Shown here: piece by piece, positions 14,501-28,503 of the stretch | Layout of the letters: every line of letters starts with the position of its first letter | Numbering within the stretch: the stretch's first letter is position 1 | Origin: Tubulanus polymorphus | Taxonomy: Eukaryota; Animalia; Nemertea | Reading direction: 5' to 3' | Assembly (NCBI RefSeq): GCF_964204645.1 | Contig: NC_134027.1 | Coordinates: forward strand, 18,500,560-18,564,559 | Length of the DNA stretch: 64,000 nt | Made by a program: the position numbers and the translations under genes | The notes under the pieces: model-generated | Seen by the model: the letters and a program-made list of their open reading frames with translations, nothing else | What the model was told of the DNA's origin: nothing | The model's database searches: none

Positions 14501-17500
14501 GTTTACTAATATTTTTCACAATGTTTAAAATCATTATTTGGATTTAAGTTTGAATTGTCTTAGATCATCCTTGCTTACCCGGGATTGATTGCCTCCTGCC
14601 GAAGCTCATGCCTAAACAAAGCCTGGCCGCAGACCGTTTATTAGTCTATTATTACACTTCCAAAGATTCCTTTTGTAGACAGTTTGCCACCAAGCCGCCA
14701 CCAGCCTATGTATTAAGCCAATCAGATGCCTTGTTTTTCACCAGCAAGTTCATTCTATCAATACCAAACATCCGATTCACTAGATAATTGGCTATTAAGA
14801 GGCAACCTGTCCACCAAAGAAACCTTAGATGGAAGTAATACACCAGTAAATGTCTGAGGGCAGGGGTTTGTCTTGGTGTGAGCTTCGGCAGGAAGCAATT
14901 AAACCCCTGCAAGCGAGGATGCTTTAAGTTACGGTACTCAAGTTAGCAAAAAGATGTAACAATGATAGCATAATTTGGCTATCATATTTGAATCTAAATG
15001 TATTTTATTAGTCTAATTTGAGCAAGAACAGAATTCCTGGTGGGGTAGGTGCTCAAAAGCAGTCATGTTATTGTTGGGAATCGACAGATTTGATTAAGAT
15101 GGCATCTCCGTGAAATAACTAATCCGAACTAGTTATAGCGTTAACTATGCAGGAGGGAAGGCCTATGAGTGACAAGTCAGTCCGACGAGTCACGAAATGG
15201 GAACTTCAATTCAATGAAATTGATGTCCGCTGGTTTTAACTATCATAAAATCAATAATCATAAACGGCACCATCACTTACTATCGCTGCTGCTACAGTCA
15301 GTCTTAATCGATGCAGTAGGTAGGTATTTTCAACTAACTTTAGGCTTTTTTAATATTGGCGACAAGATCACACCGACGCTGAAATTTTCTGATGCTAAAT
15401 AGTATGACCACCGATGTGGCACACACGCCCTAATGGACCAGACCAATTCAATTCAAAATAAAACTATGGGCCCAGGGACACTATGCCCACTTGAAAAGTG
15501 ATTTCAAATGCAGGGATGAAAACAGAGGCGTTTAAAAAACGCGGAAAAATTTGAAATAAAAGTATTAGACGCTATCTATTGCTGGCCAAGCCAGCAGTCG
15601 CCAGCACCGAAGGTGCGAAGTCCCTAAAGGGGGGTTTGGAGGACCTTCTCGGAGAAAATTTTGAAATTTCAAGGAGTTTTTGGCGCACATGAGGCCCATT
15701 TTCCTATGACAAAATAAGACTGCTGCCACGCGGTTGATCATTCGTTGTTTATGTCTTCAGTACATAAAAAGGATGGCTCCAACAATATGCAAATCACTAG
15801 AACATGTTCATACTTAAATGAACTTGTCAATAAATAGTAGAGTCCCAAGAGGAGCCCCTATCTATAATCTTCCAATCTATCACTCAAGCCAAGCGTATTG
15901 TGCCTGAATCAAAACAATGACTACTTTTATTGAGCACGTAGGCTATGCTTTGTTGGATGAATTGAAGCGCGCGACCGCAGATTCCAAAGAAAGATTTCCT
16001 GCCCAGTGCTATTGCATGTTTATATATTATTGATCTGCACAGTGGTTCTAGCCAACAGCGGTGTTTTGCAATGATCTTGCAAAAAAAGATTTCAGAGATC
16101 GTTATAAGATGCTTTTACGGTCTGTTCTTTAAGTATGCTACGATCTAACTAACAACTTTTCCCCAAGACCCTTAACCCCCCCCCCCCCCACCCCTATAAT
16201 TTTCTCAATAGATCTATATCGATCAAAAGAATGATAACAAGAAAATTAATTTTAGAAAATTATTTGACGCCTGCGAAAAAAATGTAGAATTTCTGGGCTA
16301 AGCTAATGTGGAATTGCAAATTTGAAATCGAAGTTTTAAGAAATTTAGGGAATGATGAGATTTGGCGATTGGGTAGATGATACAGGTCTTCGACTCTAGT
16401 AGTGGTTTAAATTTTTTTATAGAAAATTCTCAATAATTGATCGCGAACTTGCGACCGACTTCATTTACTTATGCCTCTAAGCTGGTCTGCAACTTCATTG
16501 CCTCCATGTTTGAAGAAAGAGCTCTTCTGATATCTGCTTCATCATGACTTCGAGCATATCGTGTGGCCTAGCCAGCTGGCCCGGGCCACGGGTTTGGCTG
16601 TCACTCGATATCCTAGAGTCTTGAGTCTGGGTGGGTTGAAGTAGACATTGTCATTTAAAATAACATGCTTATGTTGTTCTGTATGAATTACCCGTGTGTC
16701 ATGTATGTTGTATTAATTTATTTTAAAATTTGTATTTATTGAATTTGGGAATTTTATCCCGGAATTTCAATGTAATAAGGATCAATAAAGAATTGAATTG
16801 AATTGTCACCTAATACACATGCCATCAGAGGACGCGGAGCCGTATATGACAGCTATGCTATTATAAATTGCTAATCTCACGAAACCTGCATACTCCTAAT
16901 ATCAAACATATTTTCTAAAACGTTTGAATATTGAAATTATATGTTTACACATTTTCATATTGACCGCTTGTAGCCGCTGATGAAATTCACGCCGGCCCTA
17001 CACACATCGTAGATAGCTTCGTCATTCCACCGGCATGCCCACGTCAGGGTCTGACTTTTATATCAGACTTCCATATCGTGTATACATCCGCCATTTAACC
17101 GAATAATCCGATTTACTTATCATTTCTATTTATGCCTGCCGCTTCTGATATAATCATACATCCTTTACTATTACAATACGTCTTCTAATGATATTCAATG
17201 CAATATAACATTTCGACGTTCAAATATAGGTCATTATATAATCACAGGAAGCCATTCTACATCTATGTCAATAATATTTTGCCAGATAGCTTGTTTGTGT
17301 ACACATAGACCTGTGACGTTTTGCACATCGATTTACGGCTGTCGTTTGTAAAATGACGCTGAATGGTTAACATTGTTTAGGTTTCATAATGGTAACGTTT
17401 TATAAGGCGTCAAAAAATTGACTATATGCAAAATCCAATGACCTTCAAACTTCCTACAATCATAGAACCTGTAATGGGCTACAATCTTGCAATGGATAAC

Positions 17501-20500
17501 GGTAACAAAGTATGCCTACCGGTAGGTACCAACATAATAAGTAATTTCTAAGTTATTCTACTCTTCAACACCCCCAGGTGACCATATAGAATAACTAATG
17601 ACCTTGAAACTCACCACAATCATAGAACATGTCATGAATTACAACTTTGCAATTGATTGTGGTAACGGTTAGTTCAATGGCGGACAACTTGATGGTCGAG
17701 TGTTGATCGAGTTCCATTAAAACTCTTAACATTCTGGACATTTTTGCATCCTGATAGGACTGAAAATATATACGATAAGTCTGCAATTTTATATCAATTC
17801 TGCTGATGTGAAAATTTGAACATAGAACGTGTCAGCAGTTACAATTTTGTAATTGATTGTGGTAACAAAATATGCCTAGTTACCAATATGATATGGAAAT
17901 ACTATGTTATTCTACTATTTAATGCTCCCTGGTGATCATATGCAAAGCCCAATGACCTTGAAACTCACCACAATTATAGAACATGTCATAAGCTACAACT
18001 TTCCAATTGATTGTGGTAACAAAATATGCATAGGTACGAATATAACATAGAAATACTAAGTTATTGCATTGTTCAATGCCCCCTGGTGGCCATATGCAAA
18101 AACCAATGACCTTGAAACTCACCACGATTACAGACCATGTCATGAGCTACAACTTTCCAATTGATTGCAGTAGCAAAATATGCATAGGTACGAATATAAT
18201 ATAGAAATACTAAGTTATTGTATTGTTCAACGCCCCCTGGTGGCCTGGCCATATACAAAAACCAATGACTTTGAAACTCACCACGATCATAGACGATGTC
18301 ATGAGCTACAACTTTCCAATTGATTGTGGTAACAAAATTTGCTTATGTATCAATAGGCCTATAATGTGGAAAACCTTTTTTTCACCTACGAATGAGTACT
18401 GATGACACCCCAAGATAGCCGCCAATTGCGTCATAATTGCCTGATCAAATAAACCTGTCTCGGGTATAAGAGATCCCTTTCCAAAGAATACCCATCACAA
18501 ATTGCAATGAAAAATGGCAAACCATTAGGAAGCTACAGGACTCAGAATTCTGGCCAAAATTGACATTTTTGGGCACAAAAAAGCTCACAGGACAGCCATC
18601 TTGAGTCCGATCAACCCAATTTTTCTCATGCTGATGGGCCCTTGGGGGATACAAATATATACAAACGATCAAGGTAATTGATAAACGCGTCTTCAAAATT
18701 TCCATCGAAAACTTCGAAAATGTGTAAAAAGTGCTGATTTTGGCGAACAACAATGGCTGCCAGTCGGCCATCTTGAATCTGACAGGGCCAGTCTTTGAGC
18801 TGAAAATGTGTCTAGGTAGATACATGTATAAACCAAATATCAAGACATTACCTTGAATCACCCAGGGGGCGTTGAATATTTCAATACCTTAGTATTTTTC
18901 ATAATAAAAAATACTAAGTTATTGAAATATCCAACGCCCCCTGGTGGCCATATACAACAACCAATGGCCTTAAAACTCACCAAAATCATAGAATACGTTA
19001 TGAGCCACAACTTTCCAATGGATTGTGGTAAGAAAATATGCTTAGGTATCGATATAATGCGGAAAAACTTTTTCCCACTTACGAATGAGTACTGATGGTA
19101 TAGATAGTCTCAGGTATGAAACATCCCTTTCCAAAGAATACCCATCATAAATTGCAATGAAAAATGGCAAACCAGTAGGAAGCTACAGGACTCAGAATTC
19201 GGACCAAAATTGACATTTTTGGGCACTAAAAAGGTCATAGGACGGCCATCTTTAGTCCGAATGACCCAATTTTTCTATGCTGATGGACACTTGGGGGATT
19301 CAAATATATTCGTAAGAACAAGGTTATCAATCAAAGCATCATCAAAATTGCCCTCGAAAACTTCAATAAAGGACCATGGGTCCAGTAGGATCAACTGAGT
19401 TAGACATTTTAGTTTTGAATACAAAAATCGATTTGTTCTTGGATTTGCAATAACGAACAGCTGATAAAGATAAAATCATGGTGCACTTTGTAGCAAGCAT
19501 GTTCAACTTTGATGATATACATGCCATGGTAATGGGTTTTTAGGTCAAAATTTTGAGGTCAAAATGCTTCAAAATATCAGAATGTGAAATTACTTCCGGG
19601 TTTAGATTATCGAGTATCAGCAGTTGACGTTCGTTAAGGACTATGGCGAGGCGCACTGCGAGGCGCTTGTACATAGAAACAATTTCTAAATGCGAGATAG
19701 GTCGGGCTGTCAACTAGTCGCCTATGGCAGTTCCCCAGTGTCGAATACAGTTGCCTATGACAAGTTAAGGGTAACCAGAAAGAAACTTTCCATGATGGGT
19801 TTCTGTGTAATTGTTTCTGTTTCATTCACCGAACTCGCTGTCAACAAGGTATATTTCTAAAAGGAAATATACTGCGACAGGTGGTTTTGCAAAGTCATTA
19901 AAAATCAAGATCCTATTGTATCTAAGGATACAATTATTCCGATTTTGGAGAGAGAGAAGTCATAAAGAATGAATAAATTAATGAAGATTACAAAATCGGA
20001 AGTAACAAACGAACAGTTTAAAAGCGGAAGCACCCGTCGCGATAAAATGAAGATTTAAATATTACAAAATCATTATGAAAAACGAAATGAAAAGAAACAA
20101 ATGCTACCGTTGATAGTATTCACGTACAAATTGTAGAATGAGAATAGAAAATTTAATCGAATACAAGTTCCGAGAAGAGCAAAGAGATTTAGACAATCAA
20201 TTCGGCGGCTTGAAATAAAGAAACTGCTTAAAAAATGAATAAACTCGAATGCAAGATCTTTGCTTTCGAATAATTTGTTAATTACAAGGGTAGACCTAAG
20301 GTTCATAAAAATCTATATTTTTGAATTTTGAAATCAGGGGATCTAAAAATAGTATTCATCATTACGGGACGTCGATTCAGAAATTAATTTTTCAGGGAAG
20401 AGCCGATCAGCCTTCCAGAAAGGGAATGCGCATCATCCGTGAGTGTCGCAAAAAATTATCTCATTGCTAATTAAAGTTGAAAAATAACGTGTACGTTGTT

Positions 20501-21813
20501 TTCTGAATACTAAAAGATTCTTGATTTTATTTGTGTTCTGTCTACTTAATTGCGGAAATCCGATGTATTTGCAGTACTGGGAACAATAGAGTAACAATTA
20601 AGTATATTTGATGAGTATCAATAAAGTATATTTGAACTTGAATTTGAGCCCACTAGGTGGTGGTATTGGAAGACACCAGGTGGTTCGATCAACTTAATAT
20701 GCTCCAGCGCCGTGGCGCTGTCGCAAAAAGGCGATTCTCGATATAAATAGTAATGGGTTTTCCCCGCGGGATACCCGCTTTGGGAAAGGCACCTGAATCG
20801 ATGCTACGAGTTCGAATCCCAAAATTTAGACGTAATTTATTATTCTTTGAAATAAATTCTTAGAATTTCTATTTATGATAGGATGTGCAGGTTTTGATTT
20901 GGTAATGATGTTAATAAAAGTTAACCTCTTAAGGTATTGTTTTCTATCTATTATTTGTGACGGATTAGTTTCGATGCTTCTCACAACCCGCCCCACCACG
21001 TGTCACTTATTCACGGACACGCGGATTGTATCATTTGTAATAGGCTACCACATGAAAGAGTCCATGGCCTACCGTAGAATAGTAGGGCCTACCGATCACG
21101 CTATGTGCGATGAAAGTAGTGTTTGAATAAAACAAATTTTTAATGAAATAAACATTATTTATCATAATTAATCAATAGATCAGGTGCCGCCTAAATAATT
21201 GTTTGTTTCGTGAAATTTGTACAAAACTTTGCGACTTCGTCATGTCTTGTGACCCTGAAAATACTAGAAGAATCATCGGTAAGCTTATAAAACGGCGAGG
21301 TCAACATAGTAACAACAACTTCGGGGATTGAAAAAAAAAACTCGAAAGAATTATTTCTTATACTGATGAGTTATACTGATGGGGAGTAGCGACCGTCATT
21401 GACACCGGTTATTTATCCATTCACCATCAAATGTGACGAGCCCAATAAATGATTGCGCATAGATTCGGCCTCTCAGCATTTAGCACAGCAGTTCCGAGAA
21501 GTGTTAAGACCGATCAGCGCGCGCGCTATCTAAAACCGGTGCTAGTACGATCAATATCTACAGGTATATACGTGGTCAGTATTACACAGCGAGTACCAGT
21601 ATGTTGATCGAGCGTCGTCGTAGCAACGCGCTATACAGCGGCTTGAACTAGCGAGTAACGTTAATTATCTTTTAACCAAATTAGAGCACTTATAACCATC
21701 GGAATCAAATATAAACCAAGCTGCACCATCTACATCAAGTAGAGAATACCTGTGTGAAATTACAGAATTATCGGTCCACACAAACAGCTTAAATCGTGTC
21801 ATAAAGAAACAGC

Positions 21814-21845
<32 letters not shown>

Positions 21846-24744
21846 TGACGACGATGCCATAGATGGGTTCGTCTGACGACGAAACCCATCAAAAAGCGAA
21901 ATCTTTGACATGCAGACATTACATACTGCTACACTATTATCTGTAGTTCACAATATCCAATCTTTGTAATCCAAGGTTCTTACAGATCTGAAAATCCAAA
22001 AAATTCCCTGATAATTCCCTGATCCTTGACCCAAAATTCCATGATCATCAGCAGCAAAAACGAGGTACCAAAAATTCAAATTTACTGATTGAATTTTAAG
22101 GATCCTCAATGGGGGCTGTTTGTTACTCATCACCAGGCCTGTACACTAAGTTTTTAAAGGGGTTCTACTCAGAAAAAAAGAATAGCAATGTCACCAAAAA
22201 GGCTACCAACATGGCGCTGGCAGGATGGATGACAAATCTTCTCCCCCAGAAAATTTTGAAAATGTACTGTTTTTTGGTGCATTTTCCAAGCAATAAATTA
22301 AGTCTTGATGCAAATTGCTTTGAATCAAAAAATTTAATGTGCTTCTAGATATTTTCATGGACTCCTTAGCCAGAAATCTTTTTAGTCAGCTTTTGTGCCC
22401 TATGCCGTTTTTTGAATGCATTTCAATTGATTTTGGTTATGAAAACTACCCCAACCGGCTAATTGCTACTACCAATTACGCCATATTTCTAAAATATGAT
22501 CATGGAATTTATTCAGAACTCAGGGACTTTATCATAGAGGTATAACTAAGATCCCTATGTCTTGCCCAAAAAACTATTGTAATGTAAACTAATTAAAGGC
22601 TATATGAACTACTATCAGCCATTACATTGTAATTTGATGTTCTCATAATTAAGATTAGGCCTATAATTGTACCATAACAATAGAACATTCAAGAGCACAG
22701 TGTAATGTTTATTCTGTGATTGCAGCTTTGTGGTGACAAACTATGCTGTAGGCCTAATGCAATTCACAACTTAGAATTAGAAAAGGAGCTATCTGAAAAC
22801 AGAGCTCCAGAAAAATTCCCTGACTTTTCCCTGATTTTAAAGGAAAGAGTCAGAATTCCCTGATTTTCACTGAAGGGAAAAATAATTCTGAAATTCCCTG
22901 ATTTCCCTGCTCCGTAAGAACCCTGGTTATCATTATGAACCTACCACATTCATCATTAAATTCATAAGACAGAAAGCTGCTGGCATGTAGATAACATGAA
23001 TGAATTCACAGAAATGATTTTCTAAAGGCTGGCTTGTACCGACGAGCGACTTGATGTCTATCGACACAACTGGGTTTATCGCCGATTATAGCCGAATCAG
23101 CGGCCTATGCTCCTAAATCCGTTCGACATAAGCCAGTTTGTGATGGCAACCTGACATCTACCGACTCGTCACAAGCAATATGGCTAGTTGCCCATGTTCA
23201 ACACCGGCCTACGGTTGGCTGACAGTTGCTTTCGACTGACATAGGCAAAGGAATTCTAGCCAATCAGAGACCGAATATTCATAGTACAAACTTTAACCGC
23301 TAGTTAGGCCTATAGCATCATTAGTATCATGTCAGAAACATTCAAATTCAAGTAGTTTCAAACATAAACAAACAGCATAGCAGTATTCTGAATACCAATC
23401 CTTGTTAGGCTAAGGGTTCCCTACGTCTGACGCTAAACTGGCAATGTTCAATTTCAAGAAATTTCACAAAATGGAGGATTTTCTCTCTAAAATTCAACTA
23501 GACTAAAGGAGTTTATTTGCCAATCCATCTAACTGGTACTGAACTGGAATAATATCAGATATTCAGTTGTTGTCCGAGATTTTTGGCATTCTGTTAAGAC
23601 CTAAATGAGGTATGTACCTCAAAAAGTAAGTGAAATATCCCAGAAAAGCAGGTGTAGACGCTGTTTTGGGAACGACGGATGGGTACTAAAGTCTATCTAT
23701 TTTTGATTGTCCACGATCTTTTTGGGATATTTTGCTTACTTTTTGGTGTGCATACCTCAAATAGGTCTTAATCGAATCAGTAGGGTTGCGCAGTTATAAA
23801 TTATCATTTTTATGACCATTTCGTACAGAGTTGAAGGATTGATGAATATTCTCGAAAATTGAGCTATAAATCGGCAAGAAAGACCGCCATTTTGTTCTAG
23901 TTTGTTTACTTCATTATGCAAATGAGCAGTGTGTACCATATGATCTGGGTAAGTTTATTCTTCATGGGGAGAGTACATTGCTTGCACGTGTTTCACGACG
24001 CGAGCACGGCCGCAATGGTTCCGCTATCATAGGCCTAAATCATTTCCGAACTGTTTTGTTTTAACAGCTTGGATAAAGCCATGTTTATCTACCAAAACAG
24101 CTTTCTAGGGTAATATCTTGAGTCGTTGATTGGTCTATTGGCGACAAGGAGCTCCTTCATCCCCCATGATATAATTGACGCATCCTCGCCTCATTGCGCA
24201 TTGTGTGCAATGGCTAAATATGCATTAAGAAATAAACAAATACGAACAAAGCGGAGGTCTTTCTCCCCGATTTTCGAGAGTATTCATCAATCCTTCAAAA
24301 GTGTAAAATGGATGTAAAAACGATGATTTAGGCCTATCTGGACTCTGCTGATTCGATTAAGACCTCAATTTGATGTATGCGCACCGAGAATTAAAGGAAA
24401 TATCCCAAAAAGATTGTGGACAATAGAAAATAAATAGACTTTAGACTAGCCAATGGGCAAACTCCTGTGCATTTACCTACCTAGTTGATGTTCCTTTTCT
24501 AACATCACACATTTCACATTTAAATGCTTCTACCGGATTCTGAAACGTACAAACGCTGCAATCCCATTTTCCTTCATCGTGTTTTTTATTTCGTTTTGTT
24601 CTTTAAAAAAGGAATTTAAAACGGAGTGACTTAACAATTCGACACTAAACCTAAACGTACCAATATATATTTCTTGATTGAATTTGGATTGGAAGTGGAT
24701 AATCATTTTGGTTTATACCTGCTTGATCCTCTTTTTTCCTCCAT
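5563..24744 (-). CDS. RYBP: RYBP/YAF2 (RING1 and YY1 binding protein), ~175 aa; coding exons 24744-24719, 24600-24481, 11604-11455, 5794-5563
   Basis: Spliced translation [75 protein letters not shown].../[32 protein letters not shown]; RanBP2-type zinc finger plus YAF2/RYBP C-terminal motif; all introns GT-AG and phase 2; 528 nt in frame. Confidence 0.95.
9370..10790 (+). mobile_element. Degenerate CR1/L2-group LINE 3' fragment, interrupted by a dispersed repeat
   Basis: Broken translation resembling the ORF2 C-terminus (FLGLQIN..LSWKLHF, IWGNT, LQKKAI, AHTSPLF); AATAAAGTCAAAGT-type tail near 10777. Confidence 0.65.
10133..10590 (+). repeat. Dispersed ~455-bp repeat, copy 1 (copy 2 at ~16960-17417)
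   Basis: Clear collinear similarity between the two loci, from TTGACCGCTT to AAGGC(A/G)TCAAAAAA. Confidence 0.85.
12779..13206. mobile_element. PIF/Harbinger-like MITE, copy 2
   Basis: TIRs GGGAGCGTTCATAAATTACGTACCT / AGGTACGTAATTTGTGAACGCTCCC; 3-bp TSD TTG. Confidence 0.8.
14566..14921. mobile_element. MITE with ~43-bp imperfect TIRs
   Basis: CATCCTTGC...TGCCTCCTGCCGAAGCTCA / TGAGCTTCGGCAGGAAGCA...GCAAGCGAGGATG. Confidence 0.65.
17420..19100 (+). repeat. Tandem ~160-bp core repeats (CAATGACCTTGAAACTCACC...ACAACTTTCCAATTGATTGTGG...GCCCCCTGGTGGCC); degraded relatives at ~12150-12620
   Basis: At least six recognisable units. Confidence 0.85.
19848..20730 (+). repeat. Dispersed host repeat; uninterrupted paralog of the Polinton target site
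   Basis: Matches the reverse complement of 60536-60938 and continues into sequence matching 41848-41867 and 42181-42216; single GACACC at 20672-20677. Confidence 0.85.
21972..22925. mobile_element. hAT-like non-autonomous element
   Basis: CAAGGTTCTTACAGA ... TCCGTAAGAACCCTG termini with subterminal AATTCCCTGA repeats at both ends. Confidence 0.6.
23596..23770. mobile_element. Palindromic MITE (partial second copy ~24358-24445)
   Basis: TAAGACCTAAATGAGGTATG...AATATCCCAGAAA / TTTTGGGATATT...CATACCTCAAATAGGTCTTA. Confidence 0.6.
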
Positions 24745-26159
24745 AACCTCATCAAAATCAGCCCACAGATAAAACCTGCCGATTTTAAAGATTATCTTCG
24801 TACAACACTGTACCCCGTGAATATACGTATTTGTAACAATAATCGTGAAAACTTTATACAAAGGCCGAGAATCTACATTTTCATGGATCGATCGTGTCGC
24901 TGCCTATCGGTTAGTGGGGGCACTGAATTAATTGACATTGGCGGTCCTGATTCCACGGGATGGCATTCCCGTGTGGGTAGTAGGCCTACCAATCGGAAAT
25001 ACGTTTTGGTGTGAGAAAAAAACTTGTGGATCGGGAAGTACAGTCATCTTTCTTCATTTATTTGAATAAAGGGATATCTCAAGCGGTCAAGTAAAAAATT
25101 TCCCCGCGTATATTCTTTTTTAATAAAAAAAACTTGCGTTGTCGCAAAGGGACTTGTAGTCACAATTGATAGAATGCACTGACCGACCCCAGTATCCCTA
25201 TAAAAAAAAACAGTTTCCAGGCGCGGATCCAGACTATCGCACATGCAGCGCACGTACCGGTACGGTGGTAGTCGCAGTTTTCATATTCATAAATGCCCTT
25301 GAAAAATTTATGTTTCGGGAAAAAAGTAAATAAAAGGGCACACAATTTGTGCGCCATAAAAAAAATAATTGCTTTTCTGTACTAGGCCTAAAGCAAAATA
25401 TGAATGAAATAAATTGCCCAAAATCATGAAGAGCAATCTAAGGCATTTTTTTTTTTACTCAAAGGGGCAACTATACTAAAAGAGACATTATAATTGTTGC
25501 TCTATAAATTTAATCGAAAAATGGCAAATTTCGCCAGAAATCTAAAAAAGGCATAAACAAATTGAATGTGAAGGCAAATTTAGTGGCATGATACCAATGA
25601 ATGGCACTCAAACTCAAACTCGCTCGCTGGGCATTAATACTGGCCCTTTTCAAAATTGGTGCCCTTTTTCACTTTGCTGTTGTCACTGTATGGGGCCCCG
25701 GATCCGCGCCTGGTTCACCCTTGTTTTTTTATTACACAGGGATACATGGGGTCGGTCATTGATATATTGCATCATCAATGGGAAATCAGCTCCGGTCACA
25801 TCTCCGTCACATATTCATCTCCATCACGCTACCAAATGTACTACACACAGATTCAATTGTGACCGAATTGAACGTGGCGGGAGATGAATAACTTCTTGTA
25901 AAACTGTATCTAATTTTCTAATCATTGAAATGATATGTGCGAATTTCAATTTCAAATTCAATTTCAATTTGTTCATCATAAATCCAAAGTGTAAGATTTT
26001 GAATGAAGAAAAACAAAGGCCTACCGTAATTAACAACAAGCAGACAAAAACAAAAAGGATGCGCAATGAGAAAAACAATGAATGGGGAGAGAGAAGTAAT
26101 ACAATATCTTATATACCGTACATACAGTATTCTCTAAGTGATTTATAAGTCCTAATATA

Positions 26160-26339
26160 ATGGTGGCTGATTCGGGCCATACTAAAAAGTTTTTCTGTAC
26201 GGCTAAAGCAACGATAAAAAAATGTTCACATTGGCCCGTTTTTTGGTGCTCGCGCGAGAATTCAAAAAGTGAAAATTTTTTTATCGTTGCTTTAGTCGTA
26301 CAGAAAAATTTTTTAGAATGGCCCGAATCAGCCACCATA
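26160..26339. mobile_element. Fully palindromic 180-bp MITE; same terminus recurs at ~30317
   Basis: ATGGTGGCTGATTCGGGCCAT ... ATGGCCCGAATCAGCCACCAT; 8-bp direct repeat CTAATATA on both flanks. Confidence 0.85.
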
Positions 26340-27467
26340 CTAATATAGTAAATTTTGCGATATTTAAGAAGATTGGTTTATAGGGATAAGTTAAGGCCGA
26401 AAGAAAAGTGTTTAGATTTACAATATCATATTTAAATCTTAAGTTATCCTGCAGTTTACAATAAAAAAGAAAATGGGATTCGTCGCCGACAGTGTTACAG
26501 TGAGGGCAAATACGATTTGATTGAACAATGCCAAGTCTCCTTCCTTTTTCAATGTAAAGGAGAAGCCTCTGTGTTAAGCGTATATCTTATTGATTTAAAA
26601 TCATTATACACTGTAGCCTATCTTTTTTGCATGGAAATACTGTCAAAATTAAATAGCATTTCTTTGACGCCTGCTAAGGTTCGTGGTGTAATTCATGCCT
26701 GAATTCAGAGACCTTCATCCATTCCTTGCATGGGTTTTATTCCCTACCGCTTACATAAACCCTTCAATGGTCAACCCTTCAATGGTCTAATTATTGCCCA
26801 AGGTTTCTTTGGACAGGTAGCCGCTACTAAGCGGCCACCAGTCTGTAATGTATGTTATGTAACATTGAATTGTAACAGCTGCCGCGAACCGAAACGTAGA
26901 GCTTTCGAAGCAGCGGCGGATCCAGGATCTGAGCGTTCTTATTTTCCCGAATACGGTCGAGCCCCGGCTTGGAAGTTGTCGGTTGCAATAATCTACTCAT
27001 TTCCTCTTGTATTAGTTTTAAAATGCAGGACAATTGCACAATAGTGCACATCGAATTTGAAATAGGTACATGTATTCTGACGGGATGACCCCTAGATCCC
27101 CCACCCTCCGTTCGCGCCTAATACAAGACAGCCCGGATCCACCCAAATGTACTATGAAATAAGATTAAATTTTGAATAATTTGATGCATGATGATTTGGC
27201 CTAGACCCTGATTATTAACGCAATACGTAACGTCGCAGGTAGCGTGTTTTTTTTTCTTATAAAATCACTGTTACTGTTACACTGTACTGTTATCACATGA
27301 CGACGGTGCGCAGACGATTCGCTTGGGGCTATGATTGATGAAGTATCGAGCTAAGCAGTAACGCAAAGTTTCCATTTTCATACTGTGTCAGCATTGCCCA
27401 TTAGATATCATTTTATTATGCGGCAAAATTGGATTTAATTGGAATAAAACAAATCGGGTGATAACAT

Positions 27468-28503
27468 ATGTTTAACATGAAATTAGAACGATTGTTGGTT
27501 ATCTATTTATACGTTTTATCAAGGAGTTATTTCGTATCGGGTACTGGCTACAGACGAACATACAAATCTTCAATGATCAATACAACTGTGATATTGATAA
27601 CTCACATCAGATCTTCTATTGAATGTTCTAAAGTATGTACATTGAACTTAAAATGTTCAGCATTTTCTTTTGATAAAATACTGAATACCTGTAACTTATA
27701 CACTGGTACCGTACATTTCGCAGCTGAAACCGATCCGAAACTTGACAAGAAATACATGAAGGTAATTTGTCTATTTCTTCAAAACCATCAATTTCTGTTA
27801 AAACTATCAAATATAATTATGTTATAGATTCAGTTCCAAATAACTGAATTACTGAACCAATCTACTAATTTCATATTTTTGTCTATGTCAATAAATGCTA
27901 TTTAGTGGTTTGTGTTTATCAGAAAATTGATTGGCAACCGAGCGGTTTAATGACAACTACGACAGAAACTTCACTCACAGTGCAATATTACGGTCATATT
28001 GCAGAGAGTGTTCGGCCATCAACAGCTAAAACACGGTGTAAAACAAAACATGGTGCATCGGCAACTTTAGCTAACATTTTATCAAATGAGGAATTAGACT
28101 TAGCTAGGACAGAAATGTTGCGAGTCGGAGGTAAGGTTTACTTACGTATCACATGCTTTTCATTCGGGGATTCAATGCTAGGTACACGAGGGTGGTTGAT
28201 AACAATAGTTTGCTGGTTAGTTTTTTGCTGTTTTTGTCTAAACTTGTATCATATTTATAAATCATTATAGGTACAAATTTTTGGGTTGATATTTACCGAC
28301 CTAGTGGTTCAAATAAATTATCAGAACTGCGCTGGTTCAACGGAGGAGGCCCGTCAGTTGAAACCAACTGGTGGTCAAAGCACGATGACAGTACTTCGTA
28401 TAGTAAATGCGCACGATTTAAAAAGGGTTCAACAGAACCAACGTTCTACTTGAGGATAAAAAGTTGCAGTAATGAATATGGATATCTATGTGAAATTCGA
28501 TGA
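27468..28503 (+). CDS. Secreted PAN/apple + C-type lectin-like domain protein, ~244 aa; exons 27468-27761, 27923-28130, 28271-28503
   Basis: Hydrophobic N-terminus; PAN pattern SSIECSKVCTLNLKCSAFSFDKILNTCNLY; CTLD pattern AKTRCKTKHGASATLANILSNEE..FWVD..RWFNG..KCARF..IKSCSNEYGYLCE; GT-AG introns of phase 0 and 1 keep frame (735 nt). Confidence 0.85.

Larger units (their letters stand above)
14147..21895 (-). mobile_element. Probable Helentron-associated (HINE/Pearl-like) element with nested insertions; pairing of the two ends is inferred
   Basis: Hairpin GATGGGTTCGTC..GACGAAACCCATC and (GACA)n at 21815-21895; other end AACAAGAGTAAATATAGCTGCAAAGCAGCGATAACGGG at 14147, shared with the element ending at 29430; internal tandem core repeats. 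Confidence 0.45.
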
